Shown: positions 50,883-63,779 of the stretch, piece by piece
How the letters are laid out: every line of letters starts with the position of its first letter
How positions within the stretch are numbered: position 1 is the first letter of the stretch
Origin: an uncultured Gammaproteobacteria bacterium
GTDB taxonomy: Bacteria; Pseudomonadota; Gammaproteobacteria; DRLM01
Reading direction: 5' to 3'
DNA length: 64,000 bases
NCBI GenBank assembly: GCA_963729605.1
Contig: CAVSNY010000007.1
Span: 64,001 to 128,000 of the forward strand
The notes under the pieces: model-generated
Database searches by the model: none
The model's input: the letters and a program-made list of their open reading frames with translations, nothing else
What the model was told of the DNA's origin: nothing
Program-made: the position numbers and the translations under genes

Positions 50883-52247
50883 GTGGAAACCTCGTTGTGG
50901 CAAAAGTGCGTTGATCACCTCGAGGGGGAGTTGACCCCACAGCAGTTCAATACCTGGATACGGCCTTTGCACGCCGTGGAAGACGGCGAATCTTTGCGTC
51001 TGCTCGCCCCCAATCGCTTTGTGCTCGATTGGGTCAATGACCGCTTTTTAGGCCAGATCAGTCAACTGGTCTGTTCCCTCAAGGAAGGCAATCCGGCTCA
51101 GGTGACCTTGGAAGTGGGGACGGCCCGCACGCCGCTGGCGGCGCCCGTCCTCGCCGTCAGCGAAAAACCGGCGCAGACCCATTCCGGGTTTCGTCGCAGA
51201 TCCGACACCGGCCGCGGCGCCGCCACGGTGATCAATCTCCGTCCCGAATTCACCTTCGACAACTTCGTCGAGGGTAAATCCAACCAGTTGGCCCGCGCGG
51301 CATCGGTGCAGATCGCGGAAAATCCCGGCACCGCCTACAATCCGCTGTTCATTTATGGCGGCGTGGGTTTGGGCAAGACCCATCTGATGCACGCGGTCGG
51401 TAATTTGATGCTGAAGCGCAAGCCGTCGGCGCAAATCGTCTATCTGCACTCCGAGCGCTTCGTCGGGGATATGGTCAAGGCCCTGCAACACAACGCCATC
51501 AATGAATTCAAACGTTATTACCGTTCGGTGGACGCCTTGTTGATCGACGACATTCAATTCTTCGCCGGCAAGGAACGTTCCCAGGAGGAATTTTTTCACA
51601 CCTTCAACGCCCTCTTGGAAGGTCAGCAACAGATCATTTTGACCTGCGATCGTTATCCGAAAGAGGTGGACGGTTTAGAGGAACGCCTGAAATCCCGTTT
51701 CGGATGGGGCCTCACCGTCGCCATCGAACCGGCGGAGCTGGAGACCCGGGTCGCCATCTTGATGAGCAAGGCCGCGCAGATGAACACCGAACTCACGCCC
51801 GAGGTGGCCTTCTTCATCGCCAAGCGTATCCGTTCCAATATCCGTGAATTGGAAGGCGCCTTGCGGCGGGTGGTGGCCAATGCGCGGTTTACCGATCGCA
51901 ACATCACCGTGGATTTCGCCAAAGAGGCGCTTAAAGATTTACTTGCCTTACAGGACAAATTAGTCACTATAGAAAACATTCAAAAGACCGTGGCCGAATA
52001 TTACAAGATTCGGGTGACGGATCTGTTGTCGGAGCGCCGCAGCCGCTCGGTGGCGCGGCCCCGGCAGTTGGCGATGGCCTTGTCCAAGGAGCTGACCAAT
52101 CACAGCCTGCCGGAGATCGGCAAGGCCTTTGGCGGCCGGGACCATACCACGGTATTGCATGCCTGCCGCAAAATTCGCGAGCTGAAAGATCAGGAAAGCC
52201 GGATACAAGAGGACTATTCAAACCTGTTAAGAACCCTGACTACTTAG
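50883..52247 (+). CDS. dnaA: Chromosomal replication initiator
   Basis: [31 protein letters not shown]. Confidence 0.98.
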   Translation: METSLWQKCVDHLEGELTPQQFNTWIRPLHAVEDGESLRLLAPNRFVLDWVNDRFLGQISQLVCSLKEGNPAQVTLEVGTARTPLAAPVLAVSEKPAQTHSGFRRRSDTGRGAATVINLRPEFTFDNFVEGKSNQLARAASVQIAENPGTAYNPLFIYGGVGLGKTHLMHAVGNLMLKRKPSAQIVYLHSERFVGDMVKALQHNAINEFKRYYRSVDALLIDDIQFFAGKERSQEEFFHTFNALLEGQQQIILTCDRYPKEVDGLEERLKSRFGWGLTVAIEPAELETRVAILMSKAAQMNTELTPEVAFFIAKRIRSNIRELEGALRRVVANARFTDRNITVDFAKEALKDLLALQDKLVTIENIQKTVAEYYKIRVTDLLSERRSRSVARPRQLAMALSKELTNHSLPEIGKAFGGRDHTTVLHACRKIRELKDQESRIQEDYSNLLRTLTT

Positions 52248-52455
52248 GTTGGATAAGCTGTGGGTAAATCCTCCTAAACTTCGAACACTATAGTTATTCA
52301 CAATTCACGCACAGGTTGATAACCGGGGTTGATAGCTTGGCTTAAGGGGTTTACCAACAGATTAAGTTTTTGATTTAAATATTTTTAATCCACATGATAG
52401 TGGTTTTCCACAGGCCTAATTACAGTAATAAGTTTAAATCTTAGGTATAGAGATT
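52248..52455. other. Probable oriC
   Basis: AT-rich dnaA-dnaN spacer with DnaA-box-like 9-mers (TGTGGGTAA 52259, TTATTCACA 52294, TAATCCACA 52386, TTTTCCACA 52404), then GGCC and a trinucleotide AT-rich tract. Confidence 0.75.
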
Positions 52456-53556
52456 ATGAAATTTACTATTCAGCGCGAAGCCATTTTAAAACCTCTGCAG
52501 ACCGTGAGCGGTGTCGTCGAACGCCGGCAGACCTTGCCCATCCTATCGAACGTCTTGGTCGACGTTTCGTCGGCGGGCCTCGCGCTGACGGCCACCGATC
52601 TCGAAGTCGAAATGCGAGTGACCGCTCCCTTGGATTCACCGCAAGGCGGTAAAACGACCTTGCCGGCACGCAAATTCATGGACATCTGCCGGGCCTTGCC
52701 GGAAGGGGCGCAATTGGATATCTCCGTGGAGAAAGACCGTGCGGTCATCAAGTCCGGGAAGAGCCGCTTCGTCCTGGCCACCTTGCCGGCCGGGGAATTT
52801 CCCAGCATCGAGGAAATGCGCCCTAGCTTGGAATTCTCCATCTCCCAGGGGATGTTGAAACGCTTGATCGAGCGTACCCAATTCGCCATGGCGAATCAGG
52901 ACGTGCGTTATTATTTGAACGGTTTATTGCTGGAAATGGACGCCAATGAACTGCGCGCGGTCGCCACCGACGGTCATCGGCTGGCCTACTGCGCTATCCC
53001 GAATTCAATTAAAATTGAAGAAAATCAAAGTGTTATAGTTCCAAGAAAAGGGATAGGCGAACTACAGCGCTTGCTTTCCGATATCGATTCACCGGTTCAG
53101 GTGCAGATCGGCACGAATCATATTCGCGTGATGACGGATGAATTGAAGTTCACCTCTAAGCTCATCGACGGTCGTTTTCCCGACTATCAGCGGGTGATAC
53201 CCCAAAACGCGGATAAGCTGGTGATTGCCGATCGCGATATCCTGCGCCATGCCGTGCAACGGACTTCGATCCTCACCAATGAAAAATATCGCAGCATTCG
53301 TTTGCAATTGGAGCCGGGGACGCTGAAGGTGCTGGCCCATAATCCTGAACAGGAAGAAGCCGAAGAGGAAATCGCCGTGGAGTATACCGGCGGCGGGTTG
53401 GAAATCGGTTTTAATTCCACGTACATCGCCGATGCGCTGGCGGCGGTCACCGGTGATACGGTTGAGCTGCGTTTATCGGATCCCAATAGCTGTTGTTTAA
53501 TCCAGGCGGCGGGCGATACCCACTGTAAATATGTCGTGATGCCCATGAGGCTGTAG
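52456..53556 (+). CDS. dnaN: DNA polymerase III beta clamp
   Basis: QDVRYYLNG, ATDGHRL, GRFPDY, VVMPMRL. Confidence 0.98.
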   Translation: MKFTIQREAILKPLQTVSGVVERRQTLPILSNVLVDVSSAGLALTATDLEVEMRVTAPLDSPQGGKTTLPARKFMDICRALPEGAQLDISVEKDRAVIKSGKSRFVLATLPAGEFPSIEEMRPSLEFSISQGMLKRLIERTQFAMANQDVRYYLNGLLLEMDANELRAVATDGHRLAYCAIPNSIKIEENQSVIVPRKGIGELQRLLSDIDSPVQVQIGTNHIRVMTDELKFTSKLIDGRFPDYQRVIPQNADKLVIADRDILRHAVQRTSILTNEKYRSIRLQLEPGTLKVLAHNPEQEEAEEEIAVEYTGGGLEIGFNSTYIADALAAVTGDTVELRLSDPNSCCLIQAAGDTHCKYVVMPMRL

Positions 53557-53623
53557 CGGTAACAGTGAAAAAATATAGGCTGATCGCCGGCCGCTTGATA
53601 TTTATCAGTCTGGAAAGAAGTCC

Positions 53624-54685
53624 ATGGCGCTTAGCCGGCTGGACGTAACCAAGCTTCGAAACCTCCAAACCGCCCGTTTATTGCCCGGTCCCCGATTTAA
53701 TCTGTTTTGGGGCGGCAATGGGGCGGGTAAAACCAGCGTCCTTGAAGCGGTTCATCTTTTGGGCCGCGGTTGTTCCTTCCGAACCAGCGATCTTCGTAAT
53801 TTATTGGCCCATGGCGAGGAAACCTGCGTGGTGGCGGGCAAGTTATTGGGTTCGGGTGTGGGGCTGGGTACCGAATTTGATCGCAACGGCGCCACCTATC
53901 GGATTGACGGCAACCTGGCACCGAACCGGGCGGCTTTATCCGAACGCCTGCCGGTGATATTTTTTGGGCCGGACAGTCACCGTTTACTCGCGGACGGACC
54001 ACAACTGCGGCGCCGCTTCATGGACTGGGGCGTGTTCCACGTGGAACCCCGGTTTCTTACGATATGGCGGCGTTACCAACGGGCACTCAAACAACGTAAT
54101 ATGGCCTTGCGCACCGGCCAGGCACTCGATGCCTGGGATGAGGAGCTGGTGATATCCGCCCAGGAAATTACTCGATTTCGCGCCGCTTATTTGACCCGGC
54201 TGATCCCCCAAGTCGAGCGCTATCTTCAAGAACTTTGTCCATTGGATTCCATCTCGTTTGGCCTCGCGCCGGGTTGGCGGCAGGATACCGAGTATTCGAA
54301 GGTTTTAGGCGGTGGACAAGAACAGGATCGGCTGTTTGGTTATACCCGATATGGGCCTCACCGGGCCGATCTCATCATCAAAGTCGGTGGGAAGCCCGCC
54401 AAAGACGTCGTTTCCCGCGGTCAACAGAAGCTGCTGATTTGTGCGCTAACCTTGGCGCAGGCGGTGGTAGTGAATACCTATAATTCCAACCCCAGTGTTT
54501 TATTGATTGATGACCTCGCGTCGGAGCTGGATCCACCTCACCGTTTAAAATTATTGCAGTTACTGGCGGAACTGGGTGGCCAGGTATTCATTACCGCGAC
54601 CGAGCAGTTAATCCTGCCCTCAGAATTCAAGGCCGAGTTAACCGTGTTCCACGTGGAACACGGCGCGATAAAGCCCCAAGCCTGA
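53624..54685 (+). CDS. recF: DNA replication/repair protein RecF
   Basis: GGNGAGKT, GPHRAD, SRGQQK, LIDDLASELD. Confidence 0.96.
   Translation: MALSRLDVTKLRNLQTARLLPGPRFNLFWGGNGAGKTSVLEAVHLLGRGCSFRTSDLRNLLAHGEETCVVAGKLLGSGVGLGTEFDRNGATYRIDGNLAPNRAALSERLPVIFFGPDSHRLLADGPQLRRRFMDWGVFHVEPRFLTIWRRYQRALKQRNMALRTGQALDAWDEELVISAQEITRFRAAYLTRLIPQVERYLQELCPLDSISFGLAPGWRQDTEYSKVLGGGQEQDRLFGYTRYGPHRADLIIKVGGKPAKDVVSRGQQKLLICALTLAQAVVVNTYNSNPSVLLIDDLASELDPPHRLKLLQLLAELGGQVFITATEQLILPSEFKAELTVFHVEHGAIKPQA
54033..54048. promoter_or_regulatory. parS site 1 (in recF)
   Basis: TGTTCCACGTGGAACC. Confidence 0.85.
54645..54660. promoter_or_regulatory. parS site 2 (in recF)
   Basis: Perfect palindrome TGTTCCACGTGGAACA. 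Confidence 0.9.
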
Positions 54686-54771
54686 TCCCCATAGTCTCTA
54701 TCTTATTGTTATTACAGATTATCAGCTGCTGTTTTGCGGCTAGAGGTGCTATAATCGGCCGATTGTGATAG

Positions 54772-57189
<2,418 letters not shown>

Positions 57190-57278
57190 AATTTAAATGA
57201 GCCGATTAAACGCGCAGGGGACCTTCAAGTCCTTTTTTACGCGCTGGATCGCGGGCACTCCACGATAATCGTATCGGT

Positions 57279-57435
57279 TTAAGGAAGCCCTGAATAATTC
57301 CATCCTGGAATTTTCAGAGCACGGGCAGCGAAAATGGGCTTTTCACTTCCCTTCATTTTCAATGGCTGACACCATTGAAAATGGCGGCACCTCCGTATGC
57401 CGCGGGAACCTCTGAATAAATCAGAGGTTCCTTAA
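57279..57435 (-). mobile_element. MITE-like repeat, intact copy between convergent gyrB and glk
   Basis: TTAA-GGAAGCCCTGAATAA...TCAGAGGTTCC-TTAA. Confidence 0.85.
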
Positions 57436-57480
57436 ATTACCCGGCGACGTTCGTCGCGCGTATCCTGCCGTCGACCGAAC

Positions 57481-58491
57481 TCAATGAACCTCATTCAAAT
57501 CGGCCGCGAGCAAGGTCGCACCCAATAAGCCGACCCGTGCATTGAGTATCACCGACACCGGCATATCGTTCACCAAGCCGCTCATGCGGCCTTTCTCACG
57601 ATAAGCCGCCATGAAATCATCCAAGCTAAAGGCGCGCAGGAGTTTGGGCGCGATACCGCCGGCCAGATAAATACCGCCGTAGGCCAAGCTCACCAAGGCG
57701 AGATCACCGGCAATCGCGCCGTAAATCGAAATAAACAATTGTATGGCCCGCCGTGCCAGCGGATCGCCGGCCTCGGCGCGCGCCGCGATCGCCGCCGCGG
57801 GATCCGGATGATCCGCGAGATCGGCCGCTGACGCGACCGCCTCGCCATTTTCCGAGACAAGAAAGCGAAACATGTCCACCAAGCCCGGTCCCGACACCAC
57901 GCGCTCGCAGGAAACGCGGCCGTACAGCCGCTGCAGATATTTTAATAATTCCATCTGCACGGCATCGGTGGGGGCGAAGTGGATATGGCCGCCTTCGGAG
58001 GGGAAAATGCGATAACGTCCGTCCGCCCACATCAGCTGCGCCACCCCCAGGCCGGTGCCGGCCCCGACCACCAGCCGCGGCGCCCGCGCGTGCGCCGGCA
58101 CGGCGTTGAGCGGGGCGAGATCGTCCGGGCCGAGCGCGTCGATACCGGCGGCGACGGCGTGAAAATCGTTAATCAAACGCACCTGTTCCAAGCGATGGGC
58201 GGACTGCAAGGCCAAGCTATCCATCCGCCACGGCAATTGAGTGATCTTGGCGTGACGATGACCGTGTTCCGGACCGCTTACCGGACCGGCGACACCGAAA
58301 CACGCGCGGGTAAGGCCGCCGCGCGCCGCGGGCGGCGCATGCGCGAAAAAATCGGTTAATACGCTGTCGAAATCGCCGTAGGCTTGACTGGAATAAGTTT
58401 GCTCATGCAACACGGCGCAGCGCGAGCCTTGTACGTCGGCGATGTGCAATAAGGTTTTGGTGCCGCCGATGTCGCCGGCCAGCACCTTCAT
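57481..58491 (-). CDS. glk: Glucokinase
   Basis: AGDIGGTK, LINDF, GAGTGLG, SEGGH, ERVVSGPG. Confidence 0.93.
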   Translation of the reverse strand: MKVLAGDIGGTKTLLHIADVQGSRCAVLHEQTYSSQAYGDFDSVLTDFFAHAPPAARGGLTRACFGVAGPVSGPEHGHRHAKITQLPWRMDSLALQSAHRLEQVRLINDFHAVAAGIDALGPDDLAPLNAVPAHARAPRLVVGAGTGLGVAQLMWADGRYRIFPSEGGHIHFAPTDAVQMELLKYLQRLYGRVSCERVVSGPGLVDMFRFLVSENGEAVASAADLADHPDPAAAIAARAEAGDPLARRAIQLFISIYGAIAGDLALVSLAYGGIYLAGGIAPKLLRAFSLDDFMAAYREKGRMSGLVNDMPVSVILNARVGLLGATLLAADLNEVH

Positions 58492-59273
58492 GAACGCAAG
58501 GCCTCCGGCAACAGGCGGGCCGCTTCTTTATCGATGTACCACTCCAAAACACCTTGCGGATTGATGAGCTGCACCGGATAAGGAGGGAGTGCGGTGCGGG
58601 CGCTGAACACGTCGCGCAGGATCGGCGCCTTCTTTTCGCCGTCGACCAGAATCAATACGTGACGGGCATGATCGATGACCGGCAAGGTGAGCGTGATGCG
58701 CCAGGTTTGCAGTTTTTCGACGAAGACCGCCTCGACCAGGCGCGCCCGTTCATGCAACACCGGCGTGCCGGGAAACAGCGAAGCGACGTGGCCGTCGGGG
58801 CCGATACCGAGCAGCAGCAAATCGAACTGCACGACACCTTGCGCCGACATCGGCAGCCGGGAGCTGAGCAATTGCGCGTATTTGGTCGCCGCTTCATGAA
58901 TATCCTCCCGCTCCCCTTCCATGCGATGAATCTGCGCGGGCGGAATCGGCACATGATTGAGCAAGGCGTCTTTGGCCTGGTAATAATTGCTGTCGGGGTG
59001 ATTCGGCGGCACGCTGCGCTCATCGCCGAAATAGACGTGCACCCGATCCCAGGCGATGCGATTGGCGAAGTCGGGATTGGCGAGCCGGCGGTACAAGGCG
59101 CGCGGCGTGGAACCGCCGGAGAGCGCGACATGAAATTTACCCCGCGCCGAGATGGCCGCTTCCGCCAACTGCGCCCAGCGCTGCGCGGCGGCGTAATTGA
59201 GCGCATCGCTATCGGCGAACAGGCGTAAATCACCCATGATCATCTCGGCACTCCCTGGCTGCGGTAAATGCAA
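58488..59273 (-). CDS. pgl: 6-phosphogluconolactonase
   Basis: ALSGGSTP, GDERSVP..SNY, GIGPDGHVASLFP; start may be 59243. Confidence 0.93.
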   Translation of the reverse strand: MHLPQPGSAEMIMGDLRLFADSDALNYAAAQRWAQLAEAAISARGKFHVALSGGSTPRALYRRLANPDFANRIAWDRVHVYFGDERSVPPNHPDSNYYQAKDALLNHVPIPPAQIHRMEGEREDIHEAATKYAQLLSSRLPMSAQGVVQFDLLLLGIGPDGHVASLFPGTPVLHERARLVEAVFVEKLQTWRITLTLPVIDHARHVLILVDGEKKAPILRDVFSARTALPPYPVQLINPQGVLEWYIDKEAARLLPEALRS

Positions 59274-59326
59274 GCGGTATGTTCATTATAACCACCTTGC
59301 GTCTAAGTGCGAGAGGGTGCGGTGAT

Positions 59327-59522
59327 TTAAAGAAACTCTGAATAAGTGCGTCTTTGAATTGCGCGGGCGCGGCGGCTCCCGCGTCCGGCATGAAGGCTCC
59401 CCGGTCCGGCGGAAAGCGAAACTTGCGATTTTCGCTTTCTTTCATCGACTAACCACCATTTGAAAATGGCAGCAGTACCCCGCGCGTCGCCTTCACCCCT
59501 GAATCAATCGGAGGCGGCTTAA
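59327..59522 (-). repeat. Diverged, longer copy of MITE-like repeat
   Basis: TTAA-AGAAACTCTGAATAA...AAGCGAAA..TTTCGCTT..CCATTTGAAAATGGC..CTGAATCAATCGGAGG..TTAA. Confidence 0.65.
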
Positions 59523-59633
59523 CTAAAAACGCTCGCGAAGGCCGCGTTTTTCGCCAGAGGCGGCCATGAAAAATCGCGGATCACACAAGCCGCAGTTCAC
59601 GGCGTGCATCACGCGGGTATTAACAGGACATTC

Positions 59634-61352
59634 TTAGCTGCAAAGACGCAAGGCCAAGCGGGCCTGGGTGACGAAGTTTAAGACATTGCGCATATCATCG
59701 GCGACGATCGGCCGCATTGAAATCGGACGGTCCGCGTAGAAAAAGCCGACCGGTTTACCGTCATAGCTCACCGCGGCGACGATAAAGCTTTTAACGGCGG
59801 CGATACGAAGAAAATCCTTGGGCAACAGCGCGGCGTAGGCGAAATGGGCGACATCCTCCACCAATACGTCCCCCCCTTCCAAAAGTATCTTGGAAAAAAA
59901 GTCGCGCTGCGGTTCGATGGGCAGCGCAAAAAATTCTTTCATTTGCTCGCGGCCCTGTCCCACCGCCAGACGGGCGACATAATTGCGGCGATCCGGCGTC
60001 ACCAGGCATAAAATGACCCGATCAAATCCCACGCCGCGCTGGATGCCTTCGAGTACCTTGACGAACACCTGGTTCAAACGCGCGCCTTGCGCGATCATGG
60101 CGCTGATCTCTTGAATCAAGGTCAGCTGTATCTGCGCCTCGTGGACCGTTGCGGCGGGCGGCGTCGGAGCGGCGGCGGTAACGTCGGCTGGTGCGGTGGC
60201 CTCCTGAGAGACGGCGTGGGTAAGCGCATTAGCCGCTGGTTTGGCCCGGGCCGTCACCGCCGCGGTTGCGTCGGTATTTTCCTTGGACGGCGTACCGGTC
60301 CGCGCGAGGGCTTGGTCTTTAGCCGCGGCGGCGGGTTGTTCATTACCCGTGCTGGCAAAATAAGAGAATTGACGCGCCCATTTGTCACGGGCCGTATCGT
60401 CGCCGCCGCCCAATAAAGGCTTGAGCAGATTCTTGTCCAAGCCGTAATCGTGGGCCAGCGCGCAGGACATGCGGAAGGCTTCATCCAAGCTGTGTTCGAT
60501 GAGACCCTGACCCAAGCCGGTGGCCGCCGCGAGATTGTGCATGGAATTCGCGAAGCGTTCCGCGGCGTCGTTGCTCTCGACATACAAGGCGCCCACCAAG
60601 TCGTTGGCGAAAAAGGCCAGCGCGCGATTGATCTGCAAGCGGTCATGCAAGACGCCGTTGATTTTGACCGAGGTGCGCGCCATGGAGCTCACCACCAGCG
60701 GCGGAAACTCCCAGCTCTTGGCCAAATCCTGGCCGATGGCGTCGAAGCTGGTGCCGAGCACGCCGTGCTCGGCTTGGCTATGCGTCACCTTCGCCAATTT
60801 TTGTTGCTCATGTATCGTTATGAATTCTTGCGGCAACACGTAAGCCACGATGATCTCGCCCAGATTGTGGAGCAAGGCGCACACATAACTCTCTTCGATA
60901 TCCTTGACGCCGCACTTGGCCGCCATGGTGCGCACCACGCCGGCCGCCAGATAAGAACGCACCAGCATGCGGCTCATGTCGACCGCGGTGTTGGATTTTT
61001 GAAAGCTCTCTATCAATTTTAAAGTGAGGGTGAGATTACGCACGGTCTCGAACCCCATCATGATGACGGCGCGCGAGACCACGGATATTTTACCGAGGCC
61101 CCGGTTGTAATAAGCCGAGTTGGCGAGGCGCAAGAGTTTGGTGCTCAAGCTCGCGTCCTTCAACACCTCCTGAGCCACCGCCATGGCGTCGGCCTGGGGA
61201 TCGGAGCTGACCCGCCGCACGGTATTGATGCTGGTGCTGAAGATGGGAAGATCGCCGAGCCGGTCCATGCCGGCCTTGATCCGCGCCATGGTGGCGTCGT
61301 GACTTTGCTGATTGACGGGAATCCCCACCAGCATCGAAGAATCCTTTTTCAT
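59634..61352 (-). CDS. HDOD domain protein with C-terminal GAF-like domain
   Basis: DLPIF, LLRLANSAYY, ALLHNLGE; low-complexity linker; GFDRVIL...PVGFFYAD. Confidence 0.85.
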   Translation of the reverse strand: MKKDSSMLVGIPVNQQSHDATMARIKAGMDRLGDLPIFSTSINTVRRVSSDPQADAMAVAQEVLKDASLSTKLLRLANSAYYNRGLGKISVVSRAVIMMGFETVRNLTLTLKLIESFQKSNTAVDMSRMLVRSYLAAGVVRTMAAKCGVKDIEESYVCALLHNLGEIIVAYVLPQEFITIHEQQKLAKVTHSQAEHGVLGTSFDAIGQDLAKSWEFPPLVVSSMARTSVKINGVLHDRLQINRALAFFANDLVGALYVESNDAAERFANSMHNLAAATGLGQGLIEHSLDEAFRMSCALAHDYGLDKNLLKPLLGGGDDTARDKWARQFSYFASTGNEQPAAAAKDQALARTGTPSKENTDATAAVTARAKPAANALTHAVSQEATAPADVTAAAPTPPAATVHEAQIQLTLIQEISAMIAQGARLNQVFVKVLEGIQRGVGFDRVILCLVTPDRRNYVARLAVGQGREQMKEFFALPIEPQRDFFSKILLEGGDVLVEDVAHFAYAALLPKDFLRIAAVKSFIVAAVSYDGKPVGFFYADRPISMRPIVADDMRNVLNFVTQARLALRLCS

Positions 61353-61598
61353 TTCAGCTCTCTATCCTCAAAATGCCGCTACCGTCACAAAACCTTGCCC
61401 AGTAGAGTTTACGGGAGCTCGGTCCCAGGTCTTGAGCCGATTTGGAAAATAGTTTTCGAATGCGCCGCCGGCTGAGGCAGGTTTGACGATGGCGGCCGCG
61501 AGGGGTGGGCCGACAGCCCCATTTTCGCCGATCCAAAATTGAAAAAGGAAAGCCGACGTTTACGGAACACACGGGCTGACCGGCGACGTCGGCCGGTG

Positions 61599-62090
61599 TT
61601 AAGAGGCCTGCCGTTCCAGGGTTACGAAACTATAGGCGTAAGGATTTTTTTCGTCCGGCCCATGGTCTTCACGGGCCGTTTCGCGCCACGCCTCGGGATC
61701 CACCGCCGGGAAAAAGGCGTCACCGGCGAAGCGGTGATGAATTTCGGTGAGATACAAACGCCGCGCGTGCGGCAACAGCTGTTCATAAAACGACGCGCCG
61801 CCGATGACCATGATTTCGTCGGCGTCGCCCGCGGCGGCGAGCGCCTCGTCTATCGAGTGGACGACCGTCACGCCCGCGGGACGATAGTGGCGATCCTGGG
61901 TGACGACGATGTTGTCGCGTCCGGCCAGCGGTTTGCCGATCGAGTCGAAGGTCTTGCGCCCCATCAGCACCGGCTTGCCCAGCGTGACGCGGCGGAAGTG
62001 TTGCAGGTCGGCGGGCAGGCGCCACGGCAGACGGTTGTCGATGCCGATCACCCGTCCTTCGTCCATGGCGGCGACGAGAGAAATGATCAT
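61599..62090 (-). CDS. folA: Dihydrofolate reductase
   Basis: VIGIDNRLPW..DLQHF, MGRKT, IGGAS, GDAFFP; start 62090. Confidence 0.95.
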   Translation of the reverse strand: MIISLVAAMDEGRVIGIDNRLPWRLPADLQHFRRVTLGKPVLMGRKTFDSIGKPLAGRDNIVVTQDRHYRPAGVTVVHSIDEALAAAGDADEIMVIGGASFYEQLLPHARRLYLTEIHHRFAGDAFFPAVDPEAWRETAREDHGPDEKNPYAYSFVTLERQAS

Positions 62091-62094
62091 CGCG

Positions 62095-62889
62095 CTACAC
62101 CGCCACCGGTGCCTTAATGGCGGGGTGAGATTGATAATCCAGCAACTCGAAATCCTCATAGCGAAAATCGAAGATCGACCGCACCGCCGGGTTGAGTTGC
62201 AGGCGCGGCAAGGCATACGGCGCGCGTGACAATTGCAGTTCCGTCTGTTCGAGATGATTGAGATAGAGATGGGCATCGCCGAGGGTGTGCACGAATTCGC
62301 CGGGTTTCAGGCCGGTGACTTGCGCGACCATCAAGGTCAGCAGCGCGTAAGAGGCGATATTGAACGGCACGCCGAGAAAGATATCGGCGCTGCGCTGATA
62401 GAGCTGGCAGGACAGCCGTCCCTCCGCCACGTAGAACTGAAAAAAGGCATGGCAGGGCGGCAGCGCCATGCGTTCGATGTCGGCGACGTTCCAGGCGCTG
62501 ACGATCAGACGCCGCGAGTCGGGATTCTTTTTGATCTGCTCGATCACTTGGCTGATCTGGTCGATATGCCGGCCGTCCGGCGCCGGCCAGGAGCGCCACT
62601 GATAACCGTAGACCGGCCCGAGTTCGCCGTCGGCGTCGGCCCATTCGTCCCAAATGCTCACGCCGTTATCGCGCAGATATTGGATATTGGTGTCGCCTTT
62701 GAGAAACCACAGCAGCTCGTGAATGATCGACCGCAGGTGCAGTTTTTTAGTCGTCACCAGCGGAAAGCCGGCGGCGAGATCGAAACGCATTTGATGACCG
62801 AACACGCTCAGCGTGCCGGTGCCGGTGCGGTCTTCCTTGCGCACGCCGTGTTGTTTGACGTGGCGCATCAATTCCAGGTATTGCTTCAT
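62095..62889 (-). CDS. thyA: Thymidylate synthase
   Basis: [25 protein letters not shown]; start 62889. Confidence 0.97.
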   Translation of the reverse strand: MKQYLELMRHVKQHGVRKEDRTGTGTLSVFGHQMRFDLAAGFPLVTTKKLHLRSIIHELLWFLKGDTNIQYLRDNGVSIWDEWADADGELGPVYGYQWRSWPAPDGRHIDQISQVIEQIKKNPDSRRLIVSAWNVADIERMALPPCHAFFQFYVAEGRLSCQLYQRSADIFLGVPFNIASYALLTLMVAQVTGLKPGEFVHTLGDAHLYLNHLEQTELQLSRAPYALPRLQLNPAVRSIFDFRYEDFELLDYQSHPAIKAPVAV

Positions 62890-63701
62890 CGCCGCGACCT
62901 TTCGTCGAGAGGTTTTTTTTCGCCGGCCGTTCGATGCGCCCACCACATCAGCGCCGCGCCGCCGACGATCAGCGGCGCCGACAACAGCTGGCCCATGGTC
63001 AGCCAATCGAAGGCGAGATAACCCAATTGAGCATCCGGCTCGCGCACGAACTCGACGCAGAAACGGAACGTACCATAACCCAACAGGAACAGCCCCGACA
63101 CCGCCATCGCTGGCCGCGGTTTGCTGGAATACAGCCAGAGGATGACGAATAGCAGCACGCCTTCGAGCAGCGCTTCATAGAGTTGCGACGGATGGCGCGG
63201 CAGCGGCCCGCCCGTCGGAAAAATCATCGCCCACGGCACGTCGCTGACCCGCCCCCACAACTCGCCGTTGATGAAATTGCCGATGCGCCCGGCGCACAGG
63301 CCGATCGGCACCAGCGGCGCGGTGAAGTCGGCGACCTGGAAAAAACTTTTATGGTAACGGCGGCCCAGCAGCCACATGGCGACGATCACGCCGATCAGCC
63401 CGCCGTGAAACGACATGCCGCCTTCCCACACTTTGAAAATGCGCAAGGGTTCGGCGGCGAAGGCCGGGAAATCGTAAAACAAGATATAGCCCAGACGGCC
63501 GCCCAGCACCGCGCCCATCGCGCCGTAAAAAATCAGATCCGCCACCTCTTGATCCGACCAGCCCGACGCGGGGCGGCGCGCCCGCCAGCGGCCCAGCCAC
63601 CAGGCGGCACCGAAGCCGATCAGGTACATCAATCCATACCAATGGATTTTGAGCGGGCCGAGCTGAAGGGCGACGGGATCGATATTCGGGTAGGTCAACA
63701 T
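62886..63701 (-). CDS. lgt: Prolipoprotein diacylglyceryl transferase
   Basis: [31 protein letters not shown]. Confidence 0.97.
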   Translation of the reverse strand: MLTYPNIDPVALQLGPLKIHWYGLMYLIGFGAAWWLGRWRARRPASGWSDQEVADLIFYGAMGAVLGGRLGYILFYDFPAFAAEPLRIFKVWEGGMSFHGGLIGVIVAMWLLGRRYHKSFFQVADFTAPLVPIGLCAGRIGNFINGELWGRVSDVPWAMIFPTGGPLPRHPSQLYEALLEGVLLFVILWLYSSKPRPAMAVSGLFLLGYGTFRFCVEFVREPDAQLGYLAFDWLTMGQLLSAPLIVGGAALMWWAHRTAGEKKPLDERSRR

Positions 63702-63779
63702 GCGGGCGCCTGCGGCTGAATAGCCGGTATTGTAACGATTTGCGGCGGGCGGGGTAAAACCTTTGCGGCGGGCGCGGGA

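Noticed and set aside
59230-59445. Small ORFs overlapping repeat copies (also 6462-6707, 6625-6813, 23309-23500)
   Set aside because: They derive from non-coding repeat or intergenic sequence, with no RBS or motif support.
61405-61436. Sigma28 promoter for the HDOD-GAF gene
   Set aside because: TCAAG is present but the -10 match and spacing are poor.
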